The translations under genes and the position numbers were made by a program. From NCBI GenBank assembly GCA_965279525.1, contig CBDIIB010000004.1:672001-736000 (forward strand): a DNA stretch of 64,000 bases, read 5' to 3'. The notes under the pieces are model-generated. The model saw nothing but the letters and a program-made list of their open reading frames with translations. It made no database searches and was not told where the DNA came from. Source of the DNA: Tagaea sp. Lineage in GTDB: Bacteria > Pseudomonadota > Alphaproteobacteria > CACIAM-22H2. Below are positions 52,329 through 64,000 of the stretch, one piece after another. How positions within the stretch are numbered: position 1 is the first letter of the stretch; each line of letters starts with the position of its first letter.

Positions 52329-53993
52329 CTATTCGGTCTTTTCGACGTCGCTTTCGGCTTCGGCTTCCGGCTCGTCCTGCTTCACGTCGCCGGCTTCCTC
52401 GTCCTCGACATTCGGGGGCCCCGCCGGGAACTCGTCCTGCAGGATGATCTCCGTCTTGTCGGCATCGGGCCCGAGCGGCTTGTCGAGGTTCCACGTCACC
52501 AGCGACGGCCATGCCACCACGATGATGACCATCAGGACCTGGAGGATGACGAAGGGGATCGCGCCCATGTAGATGTCGGCGGTCTTGATCTCCTTGGGCG
52601 CCACGCTTCGCAGGTAGAAGAGCGCGAAGCCGAACGGCGGGTGCATGAACGACGTCTGCATGTTCACGCACAGGATGACGCCGAACCAGATCAGGGCGGC
52701 GTCCGGACCGACCATCGGCGCCAGCAGCTTCTGCGCGACCGGGGCCAGCATCGGCACGATGATGAAGGCGATCTCGAAGAAGTCGAGGAAGAACGCCAGG
52801 AAGAAGACGAACACGTTGATGAATGCGAGGAAGCCCCAGGCGCCGCCGGGCAGCGAGCTCAGCAGGTGTTCGATCCAGCGGTTCCCGTCCACGCCCTGGA
52901 AGACGATCGAGAACACTGTCGAGCCGATCAGGATGAACACGACCATCGCGGTGATGCGCATCGTGTTCTGGTAGGCCTGCACGATGAGGCCGCGCAGGTC
53001 GGGGATCATGGCGGCGCGCACGCACAGCCAGACGACCCCGAGATACATGACGCCGATCGCGATGCGGAACGGCACCGACTTGAACGCGTAGAGGCCGATC
53101 ACGACGCCGATGCCGGCGGCGATCAGCCCGACCGCGAACGCGATGGAACCGGTCCGCCCCAGATCCTTGTGATGCAGCACGGCGAGGACCACGGCACCCA
53201 CCGCCCCCATCGCCCCGGCTTCCGTCGGCGTGGCGAGGCCCATCATCATCGTGCCGAGCACGAGGAAGATCAGCACGGCGGACGGGATGATGCCGGCAAG
53301 GCAGCGGCGGATCAGGGCCGCGCGCGATTCGGTCAGGTCGGATTTCGGGATCGCGGGAAGCGCTTCGGGCCGGATGCGCGACAGCAGGAACGTATAGGCC
53401 GCGAACAGGGTCACCTGCATAAGCGACGGGCCCCAGGCGCCGAGATACATGTCGCCGACCGACTTGCCGAGCTGGTCGGCGAGGACGATCAGCACGAGCG
53501 ACGGCGGGACGAGCTGCGTGATCGTGCCCGATGCCGCCAGCACGCCGGTCGCGTACCGGATGTCGTACTTGTAGCGCATCATCACGGGCAGCGAGATCAG
53601 GGCCATCGCGATGACCTGTGCGGCCACCGTGCCGGTGATGGCGCCGAGGATGAAGCCGACGATGATGACCGAATAGCCGAGGCCGCCGCGGATCGTGCCG
53701 AACAGCCGGCCCATGGAATCCAGCATGTCCTCGGCAAGCCCGCAGCGCTCGAGGATCGTGCCCATGAACGTGAAGAACGGGATGGCGAGCAGCAGGTCGT
53801 TGGCAAGGATGCTGCCGAACATCCGTAGCGGGATGTTCTGCAGGAAGTTGACCGTGAAGAACCCGAGCTCGATCGAAACGAAACCGAAGAACAGGCCGGC
53901 CGCCATCAGCGAGAACGCGACGGGATAGCCGATGATCATGAAAACGACGAGGCCGCCGAACATCAGCGGCGGCATCCACTCCAACGGGATCAT
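52329..53993 (-). CDS. dctM: TRAP transporter large permease
   Basis: GYPVAF, LLAIPFF, SGTITQLVPPS, QTSFMHPPFG; start MIPLEW. Confidence 0.92.
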   Translation of the reverse strand: MIPLEWMPPLMFGGLVVFMIIGYPVAFSLMAAGLFFGFVSIELGFFTVNFLQNIPLRMFGSILANDLLLAIPFFTFMGTILERCGLAEDMLDSMGRLFGTIRGGLGYSVIIVGFILGAITGTVAAQVIAMALISLPVMMRYKYDIRYATGVLAASGTITQLVPPSLVLIVLADQLGKSVGDMYLGAWGPSLMQVTLFAAYTFLLSRIRPEALPAIPKSDLTESRAALIRRCLAGIIPSAVLIFLVLGTMMMGLATPTEAGAMGAVGAVVLAVLHHKDLGRTGSIAFAVGLIAAGIGVVIGLYAFKSVPFRIAIGVMYLGVVWLCVRAAMIPDLRGLIVQAYQNTMRITAMVVFILIGSTVFSIVFQGVDGNRWIEHLLSSLPGGAWGFLAFINVFVFFLAFFLDFFEIAFIIVPMLAPVAQKLLAPMVGPDAALIWFGVILCVNMQTSFMHPPFGFALFYLRSVAPKEIKTADIYMGAIPFVILQVLMVIIVVAWPSLVTWNLDKPLGPDADKTEIILQDEFPAGPPNVEDEEAGDVKQDEPEAEAESDVEKTE

Positions 53994-54529
53994 TGCTGCG
54001 GCCTCTCGTACTTCGCGTCGACGACGGTGTAGCCGAGCAGGGCCGCGACCCGCTTGATGATTTCCGAAACGCCCTGCAGCGACAGCAGCAGCAGGCCCAG
54101 CGGCAGCAGCAGCTTGACCGGCCAGCGCAGCAGGCCGCCCGCGTTGTTGGAGGCTTCGTTGATCAGGTACGACTGGTAGAAGAACGGCCAGGACAGCCAC
54201 GTGAACAGGATGCAGCCCGGCAGCAGGAATAACAGGCCGCCGAGCACGTCGACCCAGAGCTGCTGGCGTTCGCTGAGCTGCATGTAGACGATGTCGACAC
54301 GCACATGCTCGTTCCTCTGCAGCGTGTACGCCGCACCGAACATGACGACGATCGAGAACATGTACCACTGCACCTCGAGCCACGCGTTCGACGTGATGTC
54401 GAAGGCGTAGCGCGACATGGCATTGCCCGCGCTGACGATGCAGGCAAGCATCACCATCACGTTCGCCAAATTACCGAGCTTGCCGTTCACCCAATCGATG
54501 AACTGGCTGAATCGCAAAAGTACCAGCAC
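53990..54529 (-). CDS. dctQ: TRAP transporter small permease
   Basis: RY, EVQWY, EHVRVDI, 4 TM segments; GTG start after GGGAGG. Confidence 0.9.
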   Translation of the reverse strand: MLVLLRFSQFIDWVNGKLGNLANVMVMLACIVSAGNAMSRYAFDITSNAWLEVQWYMFSIVVMFGAAYTLQRNEHVRVDIVYMQLSERQQLWVDVLGGLLFLLPGCILFTWLSWPFFYQSYLINEASNNAGGLLRWPVKLLLPLGLLLLSLQGVSEIIKRVAALLGYTVVDAKYERPQQ

Positions 54530-54652
54530 CTGAACAACCTCCCGCCCGATGTTTTGCACACCGTGGTCGCGCCCTTATGGCACGGACGTCCGGGCAAGTC
54601 CAAGGGACAAGAAGCGGATTTATGCCCTGTTTACGGGGTCTTCGGGCCGGTC

Positions 54653-55243
54653 TCAGACGTGGTTAACGGCCATACGGCGCGATGCCGCAACAAGCGCCGT
54701 CGCCAGTGCCGCCTTGACGACCGCACCTGCGACAAATGGCGTCAGCCCGAAGGCGATCGCCTTGTCGAAGCCGACGAACGTCGCCAGCCAGGCCACGCCG
54801 GGGACGAACAGCAGGACCGATCCGATGGCCATCGCCGCGGCCGTGCCGGCAAGCGTGCGGCCCCAGCCGCGCTCGGCCAGGTGGCCCAGCAGGGCGGCAA
54901 CGAGCATGAATCCGACGAGGAACCCGCCCGTGGTGCCCATCATATAGGCAAGCCCGATGCCCTTTTCCGGCGTGCCGGCGAAAACCGGCAGGCCCATCGC
55001 ACCCTGGAACAGGTAGAGCGCCACGGTTGCCGCCCCGAGGCGGGCGCCATAGGCAAAGCCGATGAACAGGATCACGCAGGACTGCATGGTCATCGGGACC
55101 GGCCACATCGGCACCTGCGCCTTGGCCGACGCCCACAGCAGCCCGGACCCGACGACCGCGAGGATTGCCGCCCGCGCGAACGTGCGCGTTTCGGACGGCC
55201 ACAGGAGATCGACGAGTGTGGGGTGACGGACGGCAACGGTCAT
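54653..55243 (-). CDS. bioY: biotin transporter BioY
   Basis: PVPMTMQ, YLFQGAMGLPVFA, TGGFLVGF, PFVAG. Confidence 0.92.
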   Translation of the reverse strand: MTVAVRHPTLVDLLWPSETRTFARAAILAVVGSGLLWASAKAQVPMWPVPMTMQSCVILFIGFAYGARLGAATVALYLFQGAMGLPVFAGTPEKGIGLAYMMGTTGGFLVGFMLVAALLGHLAERGWGRTLAGTAAAMAIGSVLLFVPGVAWLATFVGFDKAIAFGLTPFVAGAVVKAALATALVAASRRMAVNHV

Positions 55244-55302
55244 GGCGAAACTCTCCGCAAGATTGAGGCCTAGGCTTAGCCGCCCGCCGGGCGGCGTGCA
55301 AG

Positions 55303-57519
<2,217 letters not shown>

Positions 57520-57548
57520 CGTTTTGGGTCTACTCCGGCAAGGGCGGC

Positions 57549-58268
57549 TTACAGCGTTCTGCGCCACCGCTCATAGAGCCGGACTCGGGCGCCCGGCAAG
57601 TCCCGTCCGTTGGGTGCCAGCGCGTAGCGCGTCAGGAAATGTGCTGCGATTTCAAGTCCTTGGACAAGTTCCGCCGGACTTGCCGTCCCGTCCCCGGTCA
57701 GGAAATCGGGAAGTGCGAAGAGTTTGGCGGCGAACGGTGCCCCGGCCTCGCCCGACACGGCCCGCCCGGTCTTGGGGCTGACATAGCGAAGGTCGGCCCG
57801 GCTGCCCGTTGCCGCACAGCTCTCGAGGTCGAGACCGAAGCCGAGCTCGGACAGGCACCGGCACTCCCAGCGCACATAGTCGGCCTGCCAGTCTTCGCGC
57901 GATAGCGCTTCGACGAGGCCGAGCGTGGCCACGTAAAGCGGCTCGTGCGCCTCGCGCTCCGGCAGCACCGCATCGAGCAGGCCGGCGGCCGAGGAAAGCG
58001 CGTCGAGCTTGTCGGCATCGTCGAGCATCATGGCGCCGACCGCGCGGGCCGGCTCGCAAGTGTAGTTGCCCAGATGCTCGGGCAGGCGTGCCCGCCACGT
58101 CGCCGTCACGACATTGCCGAGCCCGTAGACGGCCGCCGATTTCCCGTGCCCGCCGCCACGCGCCAACCCCAGATGCCGGCCATGTTCGCGCGTGAACAGC
58201 GTGACGACCGCCGCATGCTCGCCATGCGGCCGCCGTCCCAGGACGATTCCCTCGTCGCGCCATTCCAT
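57549..58268 (-). CDS. recO: DNA repair protein RecO
   Basis: [37 protein letters not shown]. Confidence 0.95.
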   Translation of the reverse strand: MEWRDEGIVLGRRPHGEHAAVVTLFTREHGRHLGLARGGGHGKSAAVYGLGNVVTATWRARLPEHLGNYTCEPARAVGAMMLDDADKLDALSSAAGLLDAVLPEREAHEPLYVATLGLVEALSREDWQADYVRWECRCLSELGFGLDLESCAATGSRADLRYVSPKTGRAVSGEAGAPFAAKLFALPDFLTGDGTASPAELVQGLEIAAHFLTRYALAPNGRDLPGARVRLYERWRRTL

Positions 58269-58323
58269 GCCCGATACATGGGCCGATTCGAGGGGGAGGG
58301 AAAGCGCGCGATGCCCGCCGGTC

Positions 58324-58503
58324 TCAGGCGGGCGGGATCGTGTGGACCGTGAAGACGCCGAAGAACCACAGGACCAGCAGGACGAGCACGATCGTGCCGA
58401 GCACGCTACCCGATCCGGAGCTGCCGTAACGGCCGTGCGCGTAGTAGCCGCCGCCGCCGCCGAGCAGCAGGATCAAAACGACGATAAGCAGGATCGTACC
58501 CAT
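58324..58503 (-). CDS. small two-TM Gly-rich membrane protein (DUF3309-like), 59 aa
   Basis: Manual translation MGTILLIVVLILLLGGGGGYYAHGRYGSSGSGSVLGTIVLVLLVLWFFGVFTVHTIPPA; GAGG SD; absent from the ORF track. Confidence 0.82.
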   Translation of the reverse strand: MGTILLIVVLILLLGGGGGYYAHGRYGSSGSGSVLGTIVLVLLVLWFFGVFTVHTIPPA

Positions 58504-58660
58504 GTGTGGCCTCGGATTCTTGAAAACGGAGCGGGCGCCGGACCGGCGCCCTTCTGGACGAGAATGGGTGCCCCTCCCCCCCTTTCGATAGCCTCGGAAT
58601 GTACTCAGCCTCCGGTGGGGGCGATTTGCAAAATGCCCGCACTTCCGCTACCCCGTCGCG

Positions 58661-59824
58661 ATGCGCAAGGACATCTCCCTGCAGGCCGTCACGATGGGCC
58701 TGATCACCGCCTTCGTCGGCTGGGCCAGTTCGTTCACGGTCGTCATCCAGGGGCTCGTCGGCGTGGGCGCCACGCAGGCGCAGGCGGCGTCCGGCCTGTT
58801 CGCCGCCTCCCTCGCGATGGGGGCGGCAGGCGTGTGGACGAGCCTTCGTTCGCGCCAGCCCATCTCGATCGCATGGTCCACGCCGGGGGCTGCCCTGCTC
58901 GCCACGTCGGGAGCGGTCGAGGGCGGCTTTGCAGGTGCCGTCGGCGCTTTTCTCATTTGCGGCGCGCTGATCGTCGCGGCCGGATATTGGGAGCAGCTCG
59001 GCCGATGGGTCGCCGCACTCCCCGCCTCGCTCGCCAACGCGATGCTGGCGGGCGTGCTGCTCGGCCTGTGCCTTGCCCCGGTCAAGGCGGTGGCGCAGAT
59101 GCCGGCCTACGGATTGGCGATCGTCGTCACATGGGCGATCGTCGCGCGCGTGAAGCGGCTGCTCGCGATCCCGGCAACCGTGCTCGTCACGCTCGCGGTC
59201 ATCGCCTATGCCGCCGACGGAACGGCCGGCGCACCGGTCACGCTATGGACGCCGCCTGCCTTCGTGATGCCGGAATTCAGCCTGTCGGCCGCGATCGGCA
59301 TCGCGCTGCCGCTGTTCGTCGTGACGATGGCCTCGCAGAACATCCCCGGCTTCGCGGTGCTTAAAGTGAACGGCTACAACCCGCCGGCGGGACCGATCTT
59401 CAGGCTCACGGGCCTGTTCAGCATCCTGGGTGCGCCCTTTGGCGGGCATGCCGTGAACCTGTCGGCGATCACGGCGGCCCTGTGCGCCGGCCCGGACGCG
59501 CACCCCGATCCCGCGCGCCGCTACTGGGCGGCCGCGGCGTGCGGGGCCGGCTATATGGCATTCGCGCTCATTGCCGGGGCCGCGACTGCGTTCATCGCCG
59601 CCTCGCCGCCGATCCTGATCCAGGCGGTCGCAGGCCTCGCACTTCTTGGCGCGCTGGGCGGAGCACTTCTGGGTGCCATGAAGGACGAGGCCGACCGCGA
59701 GGCCGCCCTCGTCACGTTTCTCGTCACGGCATCGGGGCTGACGTTCTTCGGCATCAGCGGCGCGTTCTGGGGTCTTGTCGCGGGCGGCGCCATCCGCGCG
59801 CTGACGCGCTGGCGCAAAGCCTAG
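58661..59824 (+). CDS. BenE family benzoate/H+ symporter
   Basis: AWSTPGAAL, MASQNIPG, NLSAITAA, SGAFWG. Confidence 0.92.
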   Translation: MRKDISLQAVTMGLITAFVGWASSFTVVIQGLVGVGATQAQAASGLFAASLAMGAAGVWTSLRSRQPISIAWSTPGAALLATSGAVEGGFAGAVGAFLICGALIVAAGYWEQLGRWVAALPASLANAMLAGVLLGLCLAPVKAVAQMPAYGLAIVVTWAIVARVKRLLAIPATVLVTLAVIAYAADGTAGAPVTLWTPPAFVMPEFSLSAAIGIALPLFVVTMASQNIPGFAVLKVNGYNPPAGPIFRLTGLFSILGAPFGGHAVNLSAITAALCAGPDAHPDPARRYWAAAACGAGYMAFALIAGAATAFIAASPPILIQAVAGLALLGALGGALLGAMKDEADREAALVTFLVTASGLTFFGISGAFWGLVAGGAIRALTRWRKA

Positions 59825-59827
59825 TCG

Positions 59828-60628
59828 CTATTTGCAGCGCACGAAGCGCACGCCGGCGAGCCGGCGTGCGGCGGCCTGCACCTCGGGATCGGACGCCGAA
59901 ACCGAAACAAGCTGCAGCGAGCCGGTCTCTTCGGTCAGACGGAATGTCTGCGCGACGCGCACGCCGCCATCCGAATATTCGACATTGAGCGTCCATGTAT
60001 TCGGATTGTCGTAATGCGCGTTGTAGGTGCGGATGCGCCCGGCGGCGGCGAAATCGAACTGCGCGCGCTTGAACTCGATGCGGCTCGACTCGCAGCCGTC
60101 GGTCGCGTTCATCGGCCGCCATGCGCCCGCGAAGCTCGCCGGCGGGCCGGACAGGAGCTGGCGCCCGAGCGCTTCGACATCGAACGCCGCCGGTAGCTTC
60201 TTCAAGCCCACCCAGGCGAGTGCGATGGCAAGTGCCGCCGCCGTCGTCCCGGCGATCCGCACGACGAGCCGCCGCTTGCGACGGGCCTGCGCATGCTTGA
60301 CGGCAGCCGCGTGGAACTCGACGAGCGTCTGGGATTCGAAGTTGCGAACGTTCTCGAGAAGCTTGCCTTCGGTTTCCTTCAGGCTGCCCACGAAGATCGG
60401 CAGGAGCGCGCTGTGGCCGTCCTCGATGGCGTTTGCCGACAGGTCGATCATGAATTTCTCGGCGATCTTGCCCATCAGCTCGCCGTCGACCGCCGAACGC
60501 AGCTTGGAACCCGTCGACAGGATCCAGCTCGCGGCTTCCTCGGGCGAGGCGAACCGGCGAAGGGCCAGCTCTTCGCCGCCCACGCGGATGGCGACCCGGC
60601 ACGCGACGAGCTGTTTGGATTCGGGCAT
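59828..60628 (-). CDS. hypothetical single-pass membrane protein
   Basis: Basic RRKRR before a hydrophobic helix; beta-rich C-terminus with 2 Cys; fills the gap between flanking genes. Confidence 0.65.
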   Translation of the reverse strand: MPESKQLVACRVAIRVGGEELALRRFASPEEAASWILSTGSKLRSAVDGELMGKIAEKFMIDLSANAIEDGHSALLPIFVGSLKETEGKLLENVRNFESQTLVEFHAAAVKHAQARRKRRLVVRIAGTTAAALAIALAWVGLKKLPAAFDVEALGRQLLSGPPASFAGAWRPMNATDGCESSRIEFKRAQFDFAAAGRIRTYNAHYDNPNTWTLNVEYSDGGVRVAQTFRLTEETGSLQLVSVSASDPEVQAAARRLAGVRFVRCK

Positions 60629-60685
60629 GGAACGATCCTAAGCCAGGTCGCGCGCGACGGCACCTCGAAACAAGGCCGGCAGCCG

Positions 60686-61468
60686 CTAGCCGCGGCGCCC
60701 GTAGGCGGCCCAGTAGCTCAGCGCCACGCCGCCGGCACCGCCGACGACATTGCCCGCCGTCACCAGCGCCAGATTGTGCGCGACGTCACCGATCCCGCCG
60801 GCCGCCCCCGCCAGGATCCCGAGCGGCAGGATGAACATGTTGGCGATGCTGTGCTCGAAGCCGAGCGCCACGAACGCCGCGATCGGCCAGACGATGGCGA
60901 ACACCTTGCCGGCGACGTCGCGCGCGGCAAAGCTCAGCCACACGGCAAGGCAGACAAGCGCGTTGCACAGGACCGCGCGCGTCAGCAGTTCGACTGGCCC
61001 GAGCGCCAACTTGGCCGTCGCCAGCCGTGCTGCCGTCCGGCCGAATTCGCCGGCGGTCAGGCCCGCAAGATGTGCCAGCACGACCATGCCGAGCGCGCCC
61101 GCGAAGTTGGCGAAGAAGACGATCGTCCAGTTGCGCAGCATGGCCCGCCCGCCGACGCGCCCGTCGACCCAGGCCATTACCAGCAACGCGTTGCCGGTGA
61201 ACAGTTCGGCGCCCCCGACGACGACAAGGATGAGCCCGAGCGAGAACGCGAGGCCGGCGAGCAGGCGGGTGGGCCCGTGGCCGGCATCGGCCCCTGTCAG
61301 GACCGCGATGGAGAAAAGTGCGCCAAACGCGATGAAGGCGCCGGCAAGCAGGCCGAGTGCGACCAGCGGAACCGTCGGAAGCGATGCCTTGGTGCGGGCG
61401 GCTTCCTCGATGCGGTGCGCGATCTCGGCGGGGCGGTAGGCGTCGATGCCTGTGGGGTCCGGCCGCAC
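60686..61468 (-). CDS. formate/nitrite transporter (FNT)
   Basis: LAGAFI, FSLGL, AELFTGN, CNALVC, FEHSIANM, GNVVG; start approximate. Confidence 0.92.
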   Translation of the reverse strand: MRPDPTGIDAYRPAEIAHRIEEAARTKASLPTVPLVALGLLAGAFIAFGALFSIAVLTGADAGHGPTRLLAGLAFSLGLILVVVGGAELFTGNALLVMAWVDGRVGGRAMLRNWTIVFFANFAGALGMVVLAHLAGLTAGEFGRTAARLATAKLALGPVELLTRAVLCNALVCLAVWLSFAARDVAGKVFAIVWPIAAFVALGFEHSIANMFILPLGILAGAAGGIGDVAHNLALVTAGNVVGGAGGVALSYWAAYGRRG

Positions 61469-61479
61469 GGGAGCGCGCG

Positions 61480-62373
61480 TCAGTGGCGCGACTGGATCTG
61501 GCGGCCGGCCGCTGCGAGCGAGTCGAGGAACGCGCTTGCCGCCGGCGACAGACCGTTGCGGCTGCTGACCGCGCACAGGCGCCGGCGTGCCGGCGGATCG
61601 AGCGGGATCGCGGCAAGGCGCCGTTCGCCCGACGGTACGATCAGTTCGGGCACGATCGACACGCCCACGCCCTCGCGCACCATCGCGAGCAGGGCCGCGG
61701 GATCGCGCACCGAGAACGCAATCTTCGGCGACACGCCCTGGCGCGTGAAGATCGCGCGCACGTCGGCTTCGGAGCCGGCATTGGGCATCACGAAGCTTTC
61801 CTCGGCGAGTTCGCCGGGGCTCACTTCCTTGCGCTGCGCCAGGCGATGGCGCTTGGGCATGATCGCGAGGAAATCGTCTTCGGCGACCGGGATCGCGTCG
61901 TAGTCCTTGGGCAATTCCGCAGTCAGGCCGATGTCGACGGCACCGCCGGTCACCCAGTCGCGGACCTCGTTGTCGGTTCCCTCGATCAGCACGACCTCGA
62001 TGCCCGGATAGCGCGCGCCGAAATTCTTGACGATCGGCGGCAGCAGGCGCGTGGCCGCACTCGCCACGCTGCCCACGCGCACGCGGCCCGACTGCAGCCC
62101 GGTCAGCGCCTGCGCGCGATGGCGCACGCGTTCGATCGCCTCAAGTGCGGAACGCGCATCGCTCTGGATCGCCGCACCGGCGGCGGTGGGTGCCACACGC
62201 CCGCGATTGCGCAGCAGCAGGACGACACCGAGCGATTCCTCGAGGGCCGCGACGGCCTGACTGACGCCGGACTGCGTCAAACCCAGCTTGTGCGCTGCAG
62301 CCGTAAAACCGCCCTCTTCCAGGACGGAAAGGAAGGCGCGCAACTGGCCGACATTGATGCTTGCGGAGCTCAT
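61480..62373 (-). CDS. LysR-family regulator
   Basis: FTAAAHKLGLTQSGVSQAVAALEESLG HTH plus substrate-binding domain. Confidence 0.95.
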   Translation of the reverse strand: MSSASINVGQLRAFLSVLEEGGFTAAAHKLGLTQSGVSQAVAALEESLGVVLLLRNRGRVAPTAAGAAIQSDARSALEAIERVRHRAQALTGLQSGRVRVGSVASAATRLLPPIVKNFGARYPGIEVVLIEGTDNEVRDWVTGGAVDIGLTAELPKDYDAIPVAEDDFLAIMPKRHRLAQRKEVSPGELAEESFVMPNAGSEADVRAIFTRQGVSPKIAFSVRDPAALLAMVREGVGVSIVPELIVPSGERRLAAIPLDPPARRRLCAVSSRNGLSPAASAFLDSLAAAGRQIQSRH

Positions 62374-62378
62374 CGGCT

Positions 62379-62393
62379 ATCAGCGTTCCTCAT
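62379..62393. promoter_or_regulatory. putative LysR recognition site (T-N11-A)
   Basis: atc-agcgttcct-cat in the divergent LysR/DMT spacer. Confidence 0.4.
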
Positions 62394-62481
62394 GCGAGTC
62401 ATACATAGAATGGCATTTACTTATACCCGGGAAGGCAACTAGCGTCGAGCCTCGCTCCCCAACGGAATTAGCGGCGACTGA

Positions 62482-63405
62482 ATGTCCAATGTTCGCAATA
62501 CCATAGTAGGTGTATCCCTCGGCGCCTTCGCGATGACGGTCTGGGCCTCGTGGATGATCGCAAACCGCTGGGGCGTCACCAGCAGCCTGTCGATCTGGGA
62601 CATCACCGCCCTGCGCCTTGCCTCGTCCGGGCTGCTGATGCTGCCCATTGCCCTGCGCCACGGGCTTGCTCCCGGCCGGATCGCACCCGGCTTCAAGGGC
62701 GTGCGGCTGCTCGTCGGCATGATCGCCGGGGCCGGGATCGTCTACCAGCTCGTCTCGATATCCGGTTTCGCCTTCGTGCCGATCAGCCACGGCTCGGTCA
62801 TGCTGCCCGGAACCATGCCGCTGTTCGTGGCGCTGTTCTCGTTCGCGATCCTGGGCGAACGCTTCGCGCCGTCGCGTCTCGTCGGCTTCGCGCTGCTGCC
62901 GCTCGGCGTCCTGTGCCTTGCATGGGTCGGCTTCATGCAAGGCGAGCCGGGCGAGTGGCGCGGACAGGCGCTGTTCGTTTTCTCGGCGTTCCTGTGGGCG
63001 ATCTATACGCTGTGCATGCGCGCGAGCGGCATGACGGCGATCGACGCCACCGCGCAGGTCTGCGTCTGGTCGGCGATCCTCTATCTGCCATTCTACGCGA
63101 TCTTCGGCGGCGACGGGATCTCGCGCACCGGCTGGGTCGAGATCGCGGTCCAGGTCGTGGTGCAGGGCGTGCTGTCCGGCGTCGTGGCGCTCGTCGCGTA
63201 TAACCGCGCGCTCCAGCTTCTCGGCGCCTCGCGCGGAGCCGCACTTTCGTGCCTGATGCCGGTGATCGGGACCCTGCTTGCGATCCCGGTGCTCGGCGAA
63301 TGGCCCGCCCCGCTCGACTGGCTGGGCGTGGCGGTCATCGGTGCGGGCGTCTATCTCGCCGCCGGCGGGCCCGTGCCGACGGCCCTGCAGCGTGCGCCGG
63401 CCTAG
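62482..63405 (+). CDS. DMT/EamA transporter
   Basis: About 10 TM segments, LGER, LGASRGAA, PVLGEWP; divergent from the LysR gene. Confidence 0.9.
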   Translation: MSNVRNTIVGVSLGAFAMTVWASWMIANRWGVTSSLSIWDITALRLASSGLLMLPIALRHGLAPGRIAPGFKGVRLLVGMIAGAGIVYQLVSISGFAFVPISHGSVMLPGTMPLFVALFSFAILGERFAPSRLVGFALLPLGVLCLAWVGFMQGEPGEWRGQALFVFSAFLWAIYTLCMRASGMTAIDATAQVCVWSAILYLPFYAIFGGDGISRTGWVEIAVQVVVQGVLSGVVALVAYNRALQLLGASRGAALSCLMPVIGTLLAIPVLGEWPAPLDWLGVAVIGAGVYLAAGGPVPTALQRAPA

Positions 63406-64000
63406 TTCAGCCGTGCGGCGAGCACCTTGATGCCGGCATACCCGAACACGCACGCGAATGTCACGTCGAACCAGCGGCGCAGGCGCGCATAGACGCGCGC
63501 GATGGCTCCGTTCGAGAAAACCAGCGCGTAGCCATGGAAGATCAGGAAAGACTGCAGGCCGACCGCGGCGATGACGCCGGCGAGCGCTTCGGCCGGCGTG
63601 CCGGCCGGAATGCCGATCGCGTAGAGCGCCACGAAGAACAGGATCGCCTTGGGATTGGTCAGGTGCAGCAGCAGGCCCTTCATGTACGTCTTGCCGAGTG
63701 TCGCTCCCGCCATCGCGGCCGTGGGTGCTTCGCCCGCCTTGAGCGCACCGCGCGCCGACTTGAACGCGAGCCAGAGCAGATAGGCCGCACCGGCATAACG
63801 CATGAACTCGAGCAGCCACGGGTTCGCCATCATCGCCGCGCCGAGACCCAGGGCCGCCCCCACCGACCAGCACAGCGAACCCGTCGTGATCCCGGCCGCA
63901 AGCGCCAGTCCGTGCCTGCGCCCTGCCACCATCGATGTGCCGGCGATGCCCAGCGTCGCGGGACCGGGGCTGGCGCTGGTGACGAAGGCGGCGACGAGTA
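63402..64000 (-). CDS. LysE/RhtB family exporter (5' end outside window)
   Basis: SPGP near the window end, GAAYLLWLA, LTNPKAILF. Confidence 0.9.
   Translation of the reverse strand, partial: LVAAFVTSASPGPATLGIAGTSMVAGRRHGLALAAGITTGSLCWSVGAALGLGAAMMANPWLLEFMRYAGAAYLLWLAFKSARGALKAGEAPTAAMAGATLGKTYMKGLLLHLTNPKAILFFVALYAIGIPAGTPAEALAGVIAAVGLQSFLIFHGYALVFSNGAIARVYARLRRWFDVTFACVFGYAGIKVLAARLN

Overview
GC-rich alphaproteobacterial chromosome segment; gene content and synteny suggest a Rhodospirillales-like lineage. It is mostly conserved housekeeping: alaS (5' part), recA with two SOS boxes, a motility cluster (fliL x2, fliM, DUF6468, motE-like, cheY, cheZ, giant TPR protein), the cbp3-like/yceD/rpmF/plsX/fabH/ihfA/merR string, bamE, hppA, the rpiB-glyA-nrdR-ribD-ribE-ribB-ribH-nusB-thiL string, acyl-CoA catabolism genes, hemB, transporters, orphan motB, phoD, an HD-GYP gene, bpt, a TRAP system, bioY, parC and recO. 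I found no rRNA, tRNA, CRISPR array, transposase or integrase. The most unusual part is 35.1-37.6 kb. It holds two tandem paralogous secreted proteins built from a threefold 'ATAVxNN' repeat, each behind a copy of the same 76-bp upstream element. Downstream lies an ORF-less unit: sigma70-like promoter, GNRA hairpin, boxA-like motif and phased GTTGAC repeats. Also notable are tandem fliL genes with a co-duplicated CtrA-type promoter, a histone-like basic tail on CheZ, and an apparent +1 frameshift at the start of the cbp3-like gene. All family assignments come from motif recognition; no database searches were run.
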